A stretch of DNA of 32,000 bases, taken from contig NZ_CP021983.2 in assembly GCF_002075285.3 (NCBI RefSeq), forward strand, positions 4,860,001-4,892,000. The letters run 5' to 3'. Of this stretch, positions 1 through 9,745 are shown one piece after another. The notes under the pieces are model-generated. The model did not search any database. It saw only the letters and a program-made list of their open reading frames with translations, and was not told the DNA's origin. The DNA comes from Halomicronema hongdechloris C2206. Its GTDB lineage: Bacteria > Cyanobacteriota > Cyanobacteriia > Phormidesmidales > Phormidesmidaceae. Position numbers and translations under genes: made by a program. Within the stretch, counting starts at the first letter, position 1, and each line of letters opens with the position of its first letter.

Positions 1-903
1 CAGCCGGCAGAGACAACCTCGACTCTGGCAGAGCAATTTGGCGTCAGCAATAGCACCATTAGCCGCTTACTCAAGAGCCAGTTGCCTGCCAAGGAATATG
101 GCAATCTGATTCAGCAGAAGCGAAGTGCTAGCGATAAGGGGGGAAGTACCAGCTCTGAAGTAACGACCGCCACTTCAGAGCCTGCCACTGAGGATGCTGC
201 TTCATCTACAGGGACAGAGCCCTCGCCAACGGCAGACTCTGCGTCCCAGAAGCCATTACCTAAACGGAGACGGCGGTCTCGGCTAGCCGAGACCGCCGAT
301 GGCGATGAAGACAATGGGACTCAGCTTTCCTTATCACCGGCCAAGGCGGCCGCTCCAGAATCCCAAGAGACCAAATCCACGGCTGCAGTCAAGCCCAAGT
401 TGGCTGAGTTAGAAGTCGACCCGGCCGACGACTACATGATTGCAGCGGTATTGGGAGAAGACGCAGATCTAAGCTCAGATGATGACTATGACGATGAGGA
501 CGATGAGTTAGAGGATGACTTTGATGAAGATGATGGGGACGACTGGGACGCTGGGAAGGATACCGATAAGCCTCACCTTCAGGGGATGGCCCTAGTTGAA
601 ATCAATCCGTTGACCCAGGCAACGTTGCCAAAGCCCTGCTATTTGGTAGTTGATCGCCTGTCAGAGTTAATTACGTGTCCCCTCAAGGACTTCGGTGAAC
701 TGGGGCAAATTCCCGAGGCTGAAGTCAATGCTCGCACCTTGCCAGTGTTTGACAATCATCGGGTAGCTCGGCGGTTTTCCCGCCGCAATCAGCGGGTCAT
801 CAAGGTGCCTGATGGCTCGATGCTGCAAAAAACCCAACCCTATCTACAATCGAAGGGCATTACCCGCTTATTAGTAGATGGTCAGGTCTATTCTCTAACC
901 TGA
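1..903 (+). CDS. Partial CDS (5' end outside window): helix-turn-helix-like N-terminal part and a very acidic central region, unknown function
   Basis: Frame 1 is open from nt 1 and reads QPAETTSTLAEQFGVSNSTISRLLKS (HTH-like) ahead of the ORF-track TTG start at 82, so the gene starts upstream of the window. D/E-rich block DDDYDDEDDELEDDFDEDDGDDWD. Confidence 0.55.
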   Translation, partial: QPAETTSTLAEQFGVSNSTISRLLKSQLPAKEYGNLIQQKRSASDKGGSTSSEVTTATSEPATEDAASSTGTEPSPTADSASQKPLPKRRRRSRLAETADGDEDNGTQLSLSPAKAAAPESQETKSTAAVKPKLAELEVDPADDYMIAAVLGEDADLSSDDDYDDEDDELEDDFDEDDGDDWDAGKDTDKPHLQGMALVEINPLTQATLPKPCYLVVDRLSELITCPLKDFGELGQIPEAEVNARTLPVFDNHRVARRFSRRNQRVIKVPDGSMLQKTQPYLQSKGITRLLVDGQVYSLT

Positions 904-1029
904 GGGGGTGCTGGCTGAGGTAGCCTATCGAATGTCCTCTAACTAGGGCAGTAGCTGGCCCCTGGGCCGCCCATATCCGTAACGGGCGAGCTGCTGTCAT
1001 CTGGGTTAAATCAATCAGGGATACATCGA

Positions 1030-2178
1030 TTGGGAGCAGAGGCGATGGATCAGGGAAGAACGAGAGTCTCCTCAAGACAAGCGGGGGCTGTGAGGGCCGA
1101 GCAGATACAACAACAGCTGATCAGCTGTGATCATTATCTAACTGCAGATCCGACCAATGTTGCTCTATGGAGCCGCAGAAGTTATCTCTTGGCTCAGTTG
1201 GGGCATTACCCGCAGGCCTTGGGTAGCTATCAGAAAACGTTGGCGTTGCAGGCTACGCATCCGAAGATCTGGTGTAACTATGCCACCACCCTGGTTCATT
1301 GCGGCCATCTAGAGGAGGCTGTCACGGCCTATGGGCAGGCTCTGGCCCTTCGGCCTGACTATGAGCGGGCCTGGTATCAGCTGGGAGAGACGCTACAGCG
1401 GTTGGGGTGCTTGCAGCAGGCTTTGGATAGCTATGATCGGGCCTTAGCTCTGGTTCCCCAAGGGGAGCGACTGTGGTGCCGCCGTGGGTTGGTCCTCTGT
1501 CAGTTGCAGCGGATCGATGATGCGATCGCAAGTTTTCGACAGGCCGTCACCCAGTGCCCCGACTTTAGCCGAGCCTGGGATTGCCTAGGGTACCTGCTGG
1601 CTAAACAGCAGCAATACGACGCTGCCGCCGAGTGCTTTCAGGCTTCCTTGGCTGCCAATCCCGCCAATGCTCACCTCTACCATTTCCAGAGCTGGATCCT
1701 GAGGCATCAGGGACAATTTGAAGCGGCCCTGAGTACCATCGAGCAAGCCTTGGCACTGGCGCCTGAACATCCCCAGTACTGGTACCACCATGGCCTCACC
1801 TTGGGGCATTTGCGCCGCTACGACGAGGCCCAGGCCAGCTTGACCAGAGCACTTAAGCGTCAGGCCTACCACAGCCAGGGGTGGCTGGCCCTAGGGTTAA
1901 CCCTGCGGCGTCTGCGACAATTCCAGGCCGCCATCGACGCCTTTAATCAAGCCCTCGCCATCGAGCCAGACCAGGCCTTCGCCTTCTACCACCAAGCCTG
2001 CTGCTATGCCGAACTGGGGCAGTTTGATTGGGCCCTGGAGCATTTACGGCGGGCCCTACGCCTCACTCCCCACCCCTACAACCATAAGGCCTTAGAGGAG
2101 GTCGCTTTAGAGCCTCTGCGGGGGCAGCCCGCCGCCCAGGGACTGCTACAGGGGGCGACGGCTATGGTTTCCCAATAA
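1030..2178 (+). CDS. Tetratricopeptide (TPR) repeat protein
   Basis: 382-aa ORF built from ~34-aa repeats with a TPR signature (e.g. EEAVTAYGQALALRPDYERAWYQLGETLQRLG, QAAIDAFNQALAIEPDQAFAFYHQA). ATG at 1045 is a likelier start than TTG at 1030. Confidence 0.85.
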   Translation: MGAEAMDQGRTRVSSRQAGAVRAEQIQQQLISCDHYLTADPTNVALWSRRSYLLAQLGHYPQALGSYQKTLALQATHPKIWCNYATTLVHCGHLEEAVTAYGQALALRPDYERAWYQLGETLQRLGCLQQALDSYDRALALVPQGERLWCRRGLVLCQLQRIDDAIASFRQAVTQCPDFSRAWDCLGYLLAKQQQYDAAAECFQASLAANPANAHLYHFQSWILRHQGQFEAALSTIEQALALAPEHPQYWYHHGLTLGHLRRYDEAQASLTRALKRQAYHSQGWLALGLTLRRLRQFQAAIDAFNQALAIEPDQAFAFYHQACCYAELGQFDWALEHLRRALRLTPHPYNHKALEEVALEPLRGQPAAQGLLQGATAMVSQ

Positions 2179-2183
2179 CTTCT

Positions 2184-3251
2184 CTATTCTTCTTCTCCAG
2201 AGATATACCTGTCCTGACTGGGTTGGGCAGAGGGGGGACCCTCGCCTTTGAGCTTGAGATGCGATCGCACCAGCTGCTCCAGCTTCACGGCTAGGGCACT
2301 ATCCTCCTGTAATCGCTGAATGGTATTATCTCGCCCTTGGCCGATATTGTCGCCCTCGTAGCTATACCAAGCCCCCTTACGCACCACCACGCCAGTTTGC
2401 TCCGCCAGATCCAACAGGCAACCCAGGCTAGAAACTCCCTGGCCAAACAAAATATCGAACTCGGCAATCCGAAAGGGAGGCGCCACTTTGTTCTTAGCTA
2501 CCTTGACCTTGGCCCGAATGCCATACTCCTCATTGCCCTTCTTCAGAGTCTGAATTCGGCGAATGTCCAAACGCACCGAGGAATAAAACTTTAAGGCGTT
2601 GCCCCCAGTGGTGGTCTCAGGATTGCCATAGGCAATGCCGATCTTTTGGCGCAACTGATTGAGGAAAATCACCGTACACTGGGATTTGCCAATGCTACCC
2701 GTGATCTTGCGCAGGGCTTGACTCATTAAGCGCGCCTGCAGTCCCACATGGGCATCGCCCATTTCTCCCTCGATTTCCGCCCGAGGCACTAGAGCCGCTA
2801 CCGAATCTATCACCACAATATCCACTGCCGATGACCGGACCAAATGGTCCACCACCTCCAGGGCCATTTCCCCAGTATCTGGTTGAGACACCAATAATTC
2901 TTCGACATTCACCCCGAGCGCTCCAGCATAGACCGGATCTAAAGCATGCTCGGCATCGACAAAAGCGGCCACCCCTCCCGCCTTTTGCACTTCTGCCAAG
3001 GCATGGAGGGCCACCGTCGTTTTCCCAGAGCTTTCCGGCCCGTAAATCTCGATCACCCGTCCCTTAGGTAATCCCCCATTCAAGGCCAAATCTAGTGTCA
3101 AGGCTCCCGTGGGAATCGTCGCTACCTGCATGCGATTCGCCTCACCGAGGCGCATAATCGAGCCCTTACCAAAGTTACGCTCAATCTGGTTCATCACCAG
3201 GGATAGGGCCTTTTGCTTATCGCTCAGTTCGTTTTTAGTTGCCATCGCCAC
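2184..3251 (-). CDS. recA: Recombinase RecA
   Basis: 355-aa ORF with Walker [32 protein letters not shown] and [10 protein letters not shown] blocks. Full-length RecA-like sequence. Confidence 0.97.
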   Translation of the reverse strand: MAMATKNELSDKQKALSLVMNQIERNFGKGSIMRLGEANRMQVATIPTGALTLDLALNGGLPKGRVIEIYGPESSGKTTVALHALAEVQKAGGVAAFVDAEHALDPVYAGALGVNVEELLVSQPDTGEMALEVVDHLVRSSAVDIVVIDSVAALVPRAEIEGEMGDAHVGLQARLMSQALRKITGSIGKSQCTVIFLNQLRQKIGIAYGNPETTTGGNALKFYSSVRLDIRRIQTLKKGNEEYGIRAKVKVAKNKVAPPFRIAEFDILFGQGVSSLGCLLDLAEQTGVVVRKGAWYSYEGDNIGQGRDNTIQRLQEDSALAVKLEQLVRSHLKLKGEGPPSAQPSQDRYISGEEE

Positions 3252-3354
3252 CGGTTGAGTGAACTACACACTAGGATTGCGCCAGCCGTCAAAGACCGTT
3301 GTTGCCCCCTGCCCTTATCCCCGGTGAATACCAGGATCCTCCCAAGGGACCTCT

Positions 3355-3376
3355 GCTAGTCAGATGCTAGTCAGAT
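3355..3376. repeat. Perfect tandem duplication 2 x 11 bp (GCTAGTCAGAT) in the recA upstream region
   Basis: Read directly: gctagtcagat at 3355-3365 and again at 3366-3376. Confidence 0.9.
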
Positions 3377-3396
3377 AGCCAGGCGCAGAACCAGTA

Positions 3397-3412
3397 TAGT
3401 ACACTCGAACTA
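3397..3412. promoter_or_regulatory. LexA-box-like element upstream of recA
   Basis: TAGTACACTCGAACTA lies ~145 nt upstream of the recA start. It has the layout of the cyanobacterial LexA box (RGTAC-N3-DGTWCB as I recall it) but with about 2 mismatches in the right half-site. Confidence 0.3.
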
Positions 3413-3487
3413 AGCTGTAATCAATGATGTCAAAGCAATAGGGGCAGGGCTGCCCAGGTCCCTACCCCGGCTCATGGGAGAACGACT

Positions 3488-3722
3488 ATGCAGACTGACC
3501 ACACCCTGATGGCATTAGTGGCCTTTCCCGACTGGCTCGTTGGTGTCTCAGTAATGCTCCCAGGCTGGGCTATCGCTGCTGGGTAATCACCCCTGACCTA
3601 GCCGTCCTCAACGATGGTGAAATCTACGCTACCGTCGAGGCTGCCCTAGCCACAGGCCGGGCCCTGGTCGAGCAATCCTTAGGGCTAGAGTCAGAATCAG
3701 GGCGCAGTCACCCCGATCTATA
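3488..3722 (+). CDS. Possible small protein (~78 aa), readable only if a 1-nt frame change at the C-run 3559-3561 is corrected
   Basis: The ATG at 3488 gives MQTDHTLMALVAFPDWLVGVSVMLP. The -1 frame continues RLGYRCWVITPDLAVLNDGEIYATVEAALATGRALVEQSLGLESESGRSHPDL to a stop at 3720-3722. The second part looks protein-like but has no start codon of its own. Confidence 0.3.
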
Positions 3723-3879
3723 ATCATGGAGTTTTGTAAAAAACGTCTAGGTTCGTGACAACAAGTTTCTCTTCCGTCACAAGGTTATAAACTTCAGTAA
3801 AACCCCCTTGTTTCTATGGGCCACTATGATATCGTTAGAAGTAATCAAAATAACTGAATAGCCATACAAGCCCACCTCA

Positions 3880-3917
3880 AATCATCTTTGATTGAGCGAA
3901 TCATCTTTGATTGAGCG
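3880..3917. repeat. Perfect tandem duplication 2 x 19 bp (AATCATCTTTGATTGAGCG)
   Basis: Read directly at 3880-3898 and 3899-3917, inside an AT-rich ORF-free spacer. Confidence 0.9.
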
Positions 3918-4288
3918 GCTGGTGAGTTAAATTCCAAGCAAGTTAGTGACTGCCTCACAGCCACATCAGGGGAATAGCCTTGAGGGCTAAAAGTCCCATT
4001 AATTATACAAAACCTGGTTGTGTAGTCGGTGTTCTGTAGTGTATCGTTTCGCTGTCTAACGTGATTTCGCTTCTATAGTGATTCGTTGTTCGACCAATGC
4101 CAAAGTAGTTTGTTAATGCTGGTTAGCTCCAGTTAATTTATGAGTGATTAGTTGGTCATTAGTTGTTGGTCGTCACTAAACGAGTCTGTCCATCAAGTTA
4201 GTGTAAAGCGACTGTTATTTGGTTTTCGATCTTTTCTCAGATAAACGGGGGATAACCAATCAGGTGTTCCCCGTTTGTCGTTGCCCGT

Positions 4289-5131
4289 TTGTCGTTGATG
4301 GAGATGTCTGGGGTCTGGTTGGCCTTAGTTATTGGCAATACGCGTCTGCACTGGGCTGCCTTTCACGATGAGCATTGGCTGGGCACCTGGCATACTCCCC
4401 ACTTACAGCCTGCTCAAGTGACTCAGCTATTGGCTCAGGGGCTATCTCCCCGTAGTTGGTCCTCTCTGACTACTGACCCTCTGCCGCGACCATGGCCACA
4501 GCAGTCCTCTACATCGCTGTGGATGGCTGCCGTTGTTGAAGCCCAAGCCCACCCCTGGCGAGCCTACGGGGAATTACACGAGCTGTCCAGCCAACTAGTG
4601 CCGTCAGCGCCCCCCTCGACCCAGCCTGTCCCCCTACCAGGTGCCTATGCCACTCTAGGGGTCGATCGTGGTCTGGCGTTGGTGGGGGCAGGCCAAGTGT
4701 ACGGCTGGCCCGTATTAGTAATTGATGCTGGTACAGCCCTAACCTTTACTGCCGGGGCAGATGGTCGGTTCGTCGGTGGGGCAATTCTACCAGGGCTCAC
4801 TCTTCAGATGCAGGCCCTAGCCAGTGGGACGGCTGCTTTACCTGGGCTGTCCCTACCACCGCGGCTTCCTCCCCGATGGGCTCACTCTACTGCCGATGCT
4901 ATCCATAGCGGCATCCTCTATGGCCAGCTAGCCAGTTTGCAGGCTTTTATAGCCGATTGGCAGCACTGCTACCCCGGGAGTCATCTCATTCTTACCGGTG
5001 GCGATGGCAAGCACCTGCGACAGTATTTGCAACAACTACAGTCTCCCCTAGCCTCTCAACTGCAGTGGGATGCCCAGGTGATTTTTTGGGGAATTCGAGC
5101 GTGTCGGCAACAGGCTGTCACAGACTACTGA
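4289..5131 (+). CDS. coaX: Type III pantothenate kinase
   Basis: ALVIGNTRLHW near the N-terminus, VIDAGTALTF, GGAILPGLTLQMQALASGTAALP and LTGGDG match the CoaX pattern. The real start is probably the ATG at 4298 or 4304, because 4270-4296 is a 13-bp direct repeat. Confidence 0.85.
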   Translation: MSLMEMSGVWLALVIGNTRLHWAAFHDEHWLGTWHTPHLQPAQVTQLLAQGLSPRSWSSLTTDPLPRPWPQQSSTSLWMAAVVEAQAHPWRAYGELHELSSQLVPSAPPSTQPVPLPGAYATLGVDRGLALVGAGQVYGWPVLVIDAGTALTFTAGADGRFVGGAILPGLTLQMQALASGTAALPGLSLPPRLPPRWAHSTADAIHSGILYGQLASLQAFIADWQHCYPGSHLILTGGDGKHLRQYLQQLQSPLASQLQWDAQVIFWGIRACRQQAVTDY

Positions 5132-5969
5132 TCTTGCTCTGATAGGCACTGTTGTTCAACCCATCGGTGGCATTAGGGTTGCCCTCGCTCTCCAACATCG
5201 CCTCTAGGTTCTCAACGCGGTTACCGGGATCCGGATGGGTGCTGAGAAATTCTGGTCGTGCCCCACTCCGTTCATCTAGTTTGCGCATGAAGCTAACTAA
5301 CCCTGATTGGGCGTACCTGGCTTGCCCCATGGTGCGGAACCCTCGCTGGTCGGCATCGTACTCGTCGGCCCGGCTATTGGGCAGGGATAGGGCCAACTGG
5401 ACTCCGATGTTCACTAGAGCACTTTGATCTACCCCTAAGGCACCGGCAACGCCCTGCGCTAAGGCAATTTGACGCATCTGGTTCACCGCGTGGCGACCGC
5501 CAATGTGGCCAATTTCATGGGCCAAGACTCCTGCCAATTCGGCTTCATTAGCGGCCTCCTCCATTAAGCCGGTATGGATATAGACGAAGCCTCCCATCGT
5601 CGCAAAGGCATTGATGCTGTCATCCTGCACAACCTGAAAGGTGTAGGGGAGATCGGGCCGGGCACTGGCGGCGGCTAATCTCTGGCCAATTTGATCGACG
5701 TAGGCAACGATCTGGGGATCTCGGTTATAAATGCGCACTCCCTGTCGTTTTAGCTGAGCATCAATACGGCGACCCAGTCGCACCTCGTCTTGGGTGGACA
5801 AGTTAGACAACTGAATATACTGAATGCCGTTGAAGATAAGATCGAGAAGCCCCGCCTGCGACGGCTTAGGTGTCGCCAGCCCAATGCCAACCGCCATCAC
5901 CATGGCCATCAGACCATAGAACCAGCGGCGATGTAATCGTCGAACCGAAGGAAAAATCCGGGTAATCAT
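5118..5969 (-). CDS. M48-family zinc metallopeptidase with an N-terminal membrane or signal segment
   Basis: HExxH motif in LAHEIGHIGGRH, hydrophobic N-terminus WFYGLMAMVMAVGIGLA, and a downstream acidic ADEYDAD block. Confidence 0.85.
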   Translation of the reverse strand: MITRIFPSVRRLHRRWFYGLMAMVMAVGIGLATPKPSQAGLLDLIFNGIQYIQLSNLSTQDEVRLGRRIDAQLKRQGVRIYNRDPQIVAYVDQIGQRLAAASARPDLPYTFQVVQDDSINAFATMGGFVYIHTGLMEEAANEAELAGVLAHEIGHIGGRHAVNQMRQIALAQGVAGALGVDQSALVNIGVQLALSLPNSRADEYDADQRGFRTMGQARYAQSGLVSFMRKLDERSGARPEFLSTHPDPGNRVENLEAMLESEGNPNATDGLNNSAYQSKISSL

Positions 5970-6138
5970 GATGAAACACTGAAATCGTTGGGCCAGCCCA
6001 CGCGTGACTACAGATAATGACGAGGGGTCTTCTCCCCAGGTGCCGGTCCCTATGGTTAAATACTATCGACTAGGCTGCTGAGCCAAGGGTTTTGTTACGT
6101 TTATCTATGCCCACACCCTGGACCAAAGGAATGACTCT

Positions 6139-6672
6139 ATGACCATTTTGGATGCGCAAGGACGACTATTCGGTCGGATCAGCCTATTGGATATTGGCGC
6201 AGCTCTGATTATCTTGATGGTGATTGTGGGAGTCTTCTTCTATCCAGGAGCTGGTGGATCGGTGGCTCAGATGGGAATTGACACCAAACCCATCGAGGTA
6301 GATGTGATGGTTAGAGGGCTAACGGTATCTAATCCCGACGATCTCTATGAGACCCTGAGCACAGCAGAGTCCACCAACATCATCATTCGCAATCAGCCCT
6401 ATGGCCAAGTTGGAATTCAATCGGTGGAGCGGTTGCCCCGAAGCACGGCTGTGCCTCAGCCCGATGGCAGTGTGGAATCTTTCCCGGATCCCCGGCCAGA
6501 ATTAAACTACACCATTGATATGCTCATCACCCTGACGGGAGACGCCCAGATGACGGACAATGGGCCCGTATTTGGCAATAACAAGGTTAAGATTGGCACC
6601 CAGATCGAGCTGGAAGGCGAACTCTATGACTTTTACACCAGCGTCGTGGGAGTCAGAATTTTGGAGGAGTGA
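6139..6672 (+). CDS. Conserved cyanobacterial membrane-anchored protein (DUF4330-like, assigned from memory)
   Basis: 177-aa ORF starting MTILDAQGRLFGRISLLDIGAALIILMVIVGVFF (one N-terminal TM helix), with a clean ATG. Confidence 0.65.
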   Translation: MTILDAQGRLFGRISLLDIGAALIILMVIVGVFFYPGAGGSVAQMGIDTKPIEVDVMVRGLTVSNPDDLYETLSTAESTNIIIRNQPYGQVGIQSVERLPRSTAVPQPDGSVESFPDPRPELNYTIDMLITLTGDAQMTDNGPVFGNNKVKIGTQIELEGELYDFYTSVVGVRILEE

Positions 6673-6818
6673 AGAGTGTAGGGCTATACCCGTGCGTAGC
6701 AGAGTGAAGAGTGAAGAGCTCGTCCCGTTCGCGTCAGCGGCTCCGTAGGAGCAACGAAGTCGAGGGGTAGATAGGTGATGGGGTGGTGGGGTGTAGACGG
6801 AGCCTGCCCGAAGGGCTT

Positions 6819-6875
6819 AGGGGAGAGCGGAGGACGGAGAGGGGGAGAGGGAGAGAGGGAGAGGGGGAAGAAAGT
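6819..6875. repeat. Purine-only low-complexity tract (GGAGAGGG-type)
   Basis: taggggagagcggaggacggagagggggagagggagagagggagagggggaagaaag, read directly. Confidence 0.8.
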
Positions 6876-6960
6876 AGGTAGCGTGGGTCGTTTTACTTAA
6901 GCGAGGGACGTTATGAGTGGCCAGGGAAGGACCCACGGGAAATGGGTGCATGAGTAGGCG

Positions 6961-6992
6961 GGTGGGCCAGTGGGTGGGTGGGCCAGTGGGTG
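6961..6992. repeat. Perfect tandem duplication 2 x 16 bp (GGTGGGCCAGTGGGTG)
   Basis: Read directly at 6961-6976 and 6977-6992. It covers the ORF-track alternative start of bioB at 6978. Confidence 0.9.
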
Positions 6993-7010
6993 GGTAAGCG
7001 AGTAGCTAGG

Positions 7011-8057
7011 ATGACTATAGTGGACTGGAATCGATTAGCGGAGCGGGCTTTAGCGGGAGAGGAGTTGGAGCGAGAAGTGGCTCGGGCGGTGTTGCAGGCC
7101 GAGGACAACCAATTGCTAGAGCAGCTGGCGGCAGCCTATCGAGTGCGACGGCACTATTGGGAAAATCGGGTACGGTTGCACTTTCTGCTCAATGCCCAGA
7201 GTGGTCTGTGTCCAGAAGATTGTAATTATTGCTCTCAGTCCAAGTTATCGATGGCTGAGATTGAGAAATATCCCTTCATGAGCCAGGGAAAGATTCTGGC
7301 GGCGGCAGAGCGGGCCCATCAGCTGCAAGCGGGCACCTTCTGCATGGTGATTTCAGGACGCTCTCCCTCTGAAAAAGTCTTTAATCAGGTGTTAGAGGCA
7401 GTACAGGCGGTAAAAGGTCGCTATCCGATGAAGATCTGTGCTTGCTTGGGTCTGCTCGATCAACAACAAACCCAGGCGCTGGCTGAGGCGGGGGTCGACC
7501 GGGTGAATCACAACCTGAATACAGCCGAGGCCTACCATAGCAGTATTTGTTCTACCCATATGTTTCAGGATCGGGTAGAGACGGTGACGGCGGTTCAAAC
7601 GGCTGGGCTGACCACCTGCTCCGGCGGTATTCTCGGCATGGGAGAAACCGATGACGATGTCATCGATTTGGCCCTCTCCCTGCGACGGTTGCAAGTCACT
7701 AGTGTGCCGGTCAATTTCTTGATCCCGATTCCAGGCACCCCGCTAGCAGAGGCTGGTACTACTCTGACGCCACGTCAGTGCTTGCGCATTCTCTGTCTGT
7801 TTCGCTTGCTATTACCGTCCCAGGAGATTCGCATTGCTGGGGGTCGGGAGGTCCATATGCGGCAGTTGCAGCCATTGGGGCTTTATGCGGCCAATTCCAT
7901 TTTTATTGGTGACTATCTGACAACGCCGGGGCAGGCGACCCGTTTGGATTTTGAGATGATTCGGGATGCGGGGTTTGTCTTGGAGAACGCCGATGGAACG
8001 CCGCTGCCTGCGGTGCCTGTTGAGACTCTGATCCCCTCTGCTCAAGCGGCTCCATAA
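7011..8057 (+). CDS. bioB: Biotin synthase
   Basis: Radical-SAM CxxxCxxC in [11 protein letters not shown], plus ACLGLL, NHNLNT and GGILGMGET blocks. ATG at 7011 ([14 protein letters not shown]) is preferred over the upstream start at 6978, which lies inside a tandem repeat. Confidence 0.93.
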   Translation: MTIVDWNRLAERALAGEELEREVARAVLQAEDNQLLEQLAAAYRVRRHYWENRVRLHFLLNAQSGLCPEDCNYCSQSKLSMAEIEKYPFMSQGKILAAAERAHQLQAGTFCMVISGRSPSEKVFNQVLEAVQAVKGRYPMKICACLGLLDQQQTQALAEAGVDRVNHNLNTAEAYHSSICSTHMFQDRVETVTAVQTAGLTTCSGGILGMGETDDDVIDLALSLRRLQVTSVPVNFLIPIPGTPLAEAGTTLTPRQCLRILCLFRLLLPSQEIRIAGGREVHMRQLQPLGLYAANSIFIGDYLTTPGQATRLDFEMIRDAGFVLENADGTPLPAVPVETLIPSAQAAP

Positions 8058-8099
8058 GCCAGAGGAACGATACCACTGCCTCGAGTGTGTGGTGTTATA

Positions 8100-8122
8100 G
8101 CGCCAATCTTGGCGCCTTCTTG
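8100..8122 (+). terminator. Candidate hairpin terminator downstream of bioB
   Basis: gcgccaa-tc-ttggcgc inverted repeat followed by cttcttg. The T-tract is weak. Confidence 0.3.
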
Positions 8123-8467
8123 CCTGCTACTGGTAGTGCTATGGCAAAGGGCATGGCTGCGGTGTTGCTTTGTTAACTTTTCTGTGGTGCCCAACCTTCC
8201 TCAAGAAAGATTTAAACTTATCGGCCCGAGTGTGAGGGTTGGCCGAAGTTGGGATATCCGATAGGGCTGGCGCGTCATAATATTTAAATAAATAACCGTC
8301 AGCCAGGTGACGTCGGTCATGCCTGATCGTTCCAAACCTAAGGCCTAGGAGGCAACCTGGCACGCAATCACCACAACCTGTGGTGCAACCTCTCAGTACC
8401 TAGGTAAAGATGGCAATCCTGAATTGCATTTGGCATGGCACAACCGTTGTAGACAAGCAGGGTAGCA

Positions 8468-9217
8468 ATGTCCCGTCGCCTATTTATCGGAGATGTTCAT
8501 GGTCATTATGATGGGCTGATGAGCCTGTTAGATGCGATCGCACCCGCAGCCGATGATCAGCTTTACTTCGTGGGTGATCTCATCGATCGGGGAGCCCAAA
8601 GCGCTGACGTTGTCGACTTTGTCCGCCGTTATGCTACTGGTTGCGTGCGGGGTAACCACGAGCAGTTACTGATGGAAGCCTTTGTGGACGGCGAAGTCCA
8701 CATGCCGAGGCTACAGGGCTGGCTGCACAGTGGTGGGCAAATGACCCTATCGAGCTATCGCACCACCGAGCAAATGCTCGAGGATCTAGAGTGGATTCGT
8801 ACCCTTCCCCTCTACATCGATTTAGAGACCGTGTGGCTAGTGCATGCTGGGGTCGACCCGAACCGTTCGTTAGAGCAACAGTCCAGCCGAGAAATGTGTT
8901 GGATTCGCGATAGCTTTCACTACCATCCCCAGCCCTACTTCGACGACAAACTGATCATCACCGGCCACACCATGACCTTCACCCTGCCGGGAGTGGCCAT
9001 CGGCCAAATTGCCCAAGGACCAGGCTGGATTGACATTGACACAGGGGCTTACCATCCTCGCAGTGGCTGGTTAACTGCCGTCGATCCAGACAACCAACAG
9101 GTGTATCAGATAAACGTCTACGAGTCGCGGTACCGCTGTCGCTCTTGGAGCGACGCTATCACCTGGGTCGCCCCGAAACGCAGTCAACGCTTTTGGCCCC
9201 TGGCCCTGGCTATGTAG
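8468..9217 (+). CDS. Metallophosphoesterase, PPP-family Ser/Thr phosphatase-like
   Basis: GDVHGHYDGL, GDLIDRG and GNHE motifs, then later HAG and GHT. Confidence 0.85.
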   Translation: MSRRLFIGDVHGHYDGLMSLLDAIAPAADDQLYFVGDLIDRGAQSADVVDFVRRYATGCVRGNHEQLLMEAFVDGEVHMPRLQGWLHSGGQMTLSSYRTTEQMLEDLEWIRTLPLYIDLETVWLVHAGVDPNRSLEQQSSREMCWIRDSFHYHPQPYFDDKLIITGHTMTFTLPGVAIGQIAQGPGWIDIDTGAYHPRSGWLTAVDPDNQQVYQINVYESRYRCRSWSDAITWVAPKRSQRFWPLALAM

Positions 9218-9289
9218 TGATTATCCGGATTCGCTGACGCCTGTCTCCATGGGCCGATAACCACTCAAGGGTGGGGCCACGGTCAGTCA

Positions 9290-9745
9290 TCATGCCAAAA
9301 TGATAGCCCCAGCGAAGTAGTCTTGCAGCTGGCGATGGTGATCGTGGGATAGGTGCTCTAGGGGCAATCTCGACGGCGAAAACGCCCTCACCTCTAGAAT
9401 TTCTCGAGGATCATTGACCTGTGGCATCCCGGTCACCTGGGCTGAGAGGGCCACACAGACAGAATGAAAGCGGGGATCCCGCCAGGGATGGGAATAGATT
9501 CCCACTAAGCGCTCCAAGGACTGCCAACTCAGGCCGGTTTCTTCAGCCAATTCTCGCCGGGCGGCGGTGACAATATCTTCTCCCCAGTCCACAAATCCCC
9601 CTGGCAATCCCCAGCGGCCACTGTCGCGGCGCCGCACCAGGACAATCTCACCGGACGGTAGCAGGGGAATCACACTGGTGCCAAGAATGGGACGTCGCAG
9701 TAGCAGTCCCAACAACACCCGAATCGGATGCCACAAATAGCCCAT
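9290..9745 (-). CDS. NUDIX hydrolase
   Basis: Nudix box GLPGGFVDWGEDIVTAARRELAEETGL. Confidence 0.88.
   Translation of the reverse strand: MGYLWHPIRVLLGLLLRRPILGTSVIPLLPSGEIVLVRRRDSGRWGLPGGFVDWGEDIVTAARRELAEETGLSWQSLERLVGIYSHPWRDPRFHSVCVALSAQVTGMPQVNDPREILEVRAFSPSRLPLEHLSHDHHRQLQDYFAGAIILA

Noticed and set aside
2337-3067. Plus-strand ORFs antisense to recA
   Set aside because: recA occupies the interval with a full-length, unmistakable translation.
6819-6992. Repeat cluster upstream of bioB as a CRISPR array
   Set aside because: No regularly spaced repeat-spacer structure, only low-complexity purine tracts and one 2-unit tandem duplication.
8139-8363. 74-aa minus-strand ORF in the bioB / phosphoesterase intergenic region
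   Set aside because: No recognisable motif or convincing start context, and a His/Arg/Pro-rich tail. Left unannotated; it could be real if conserved.
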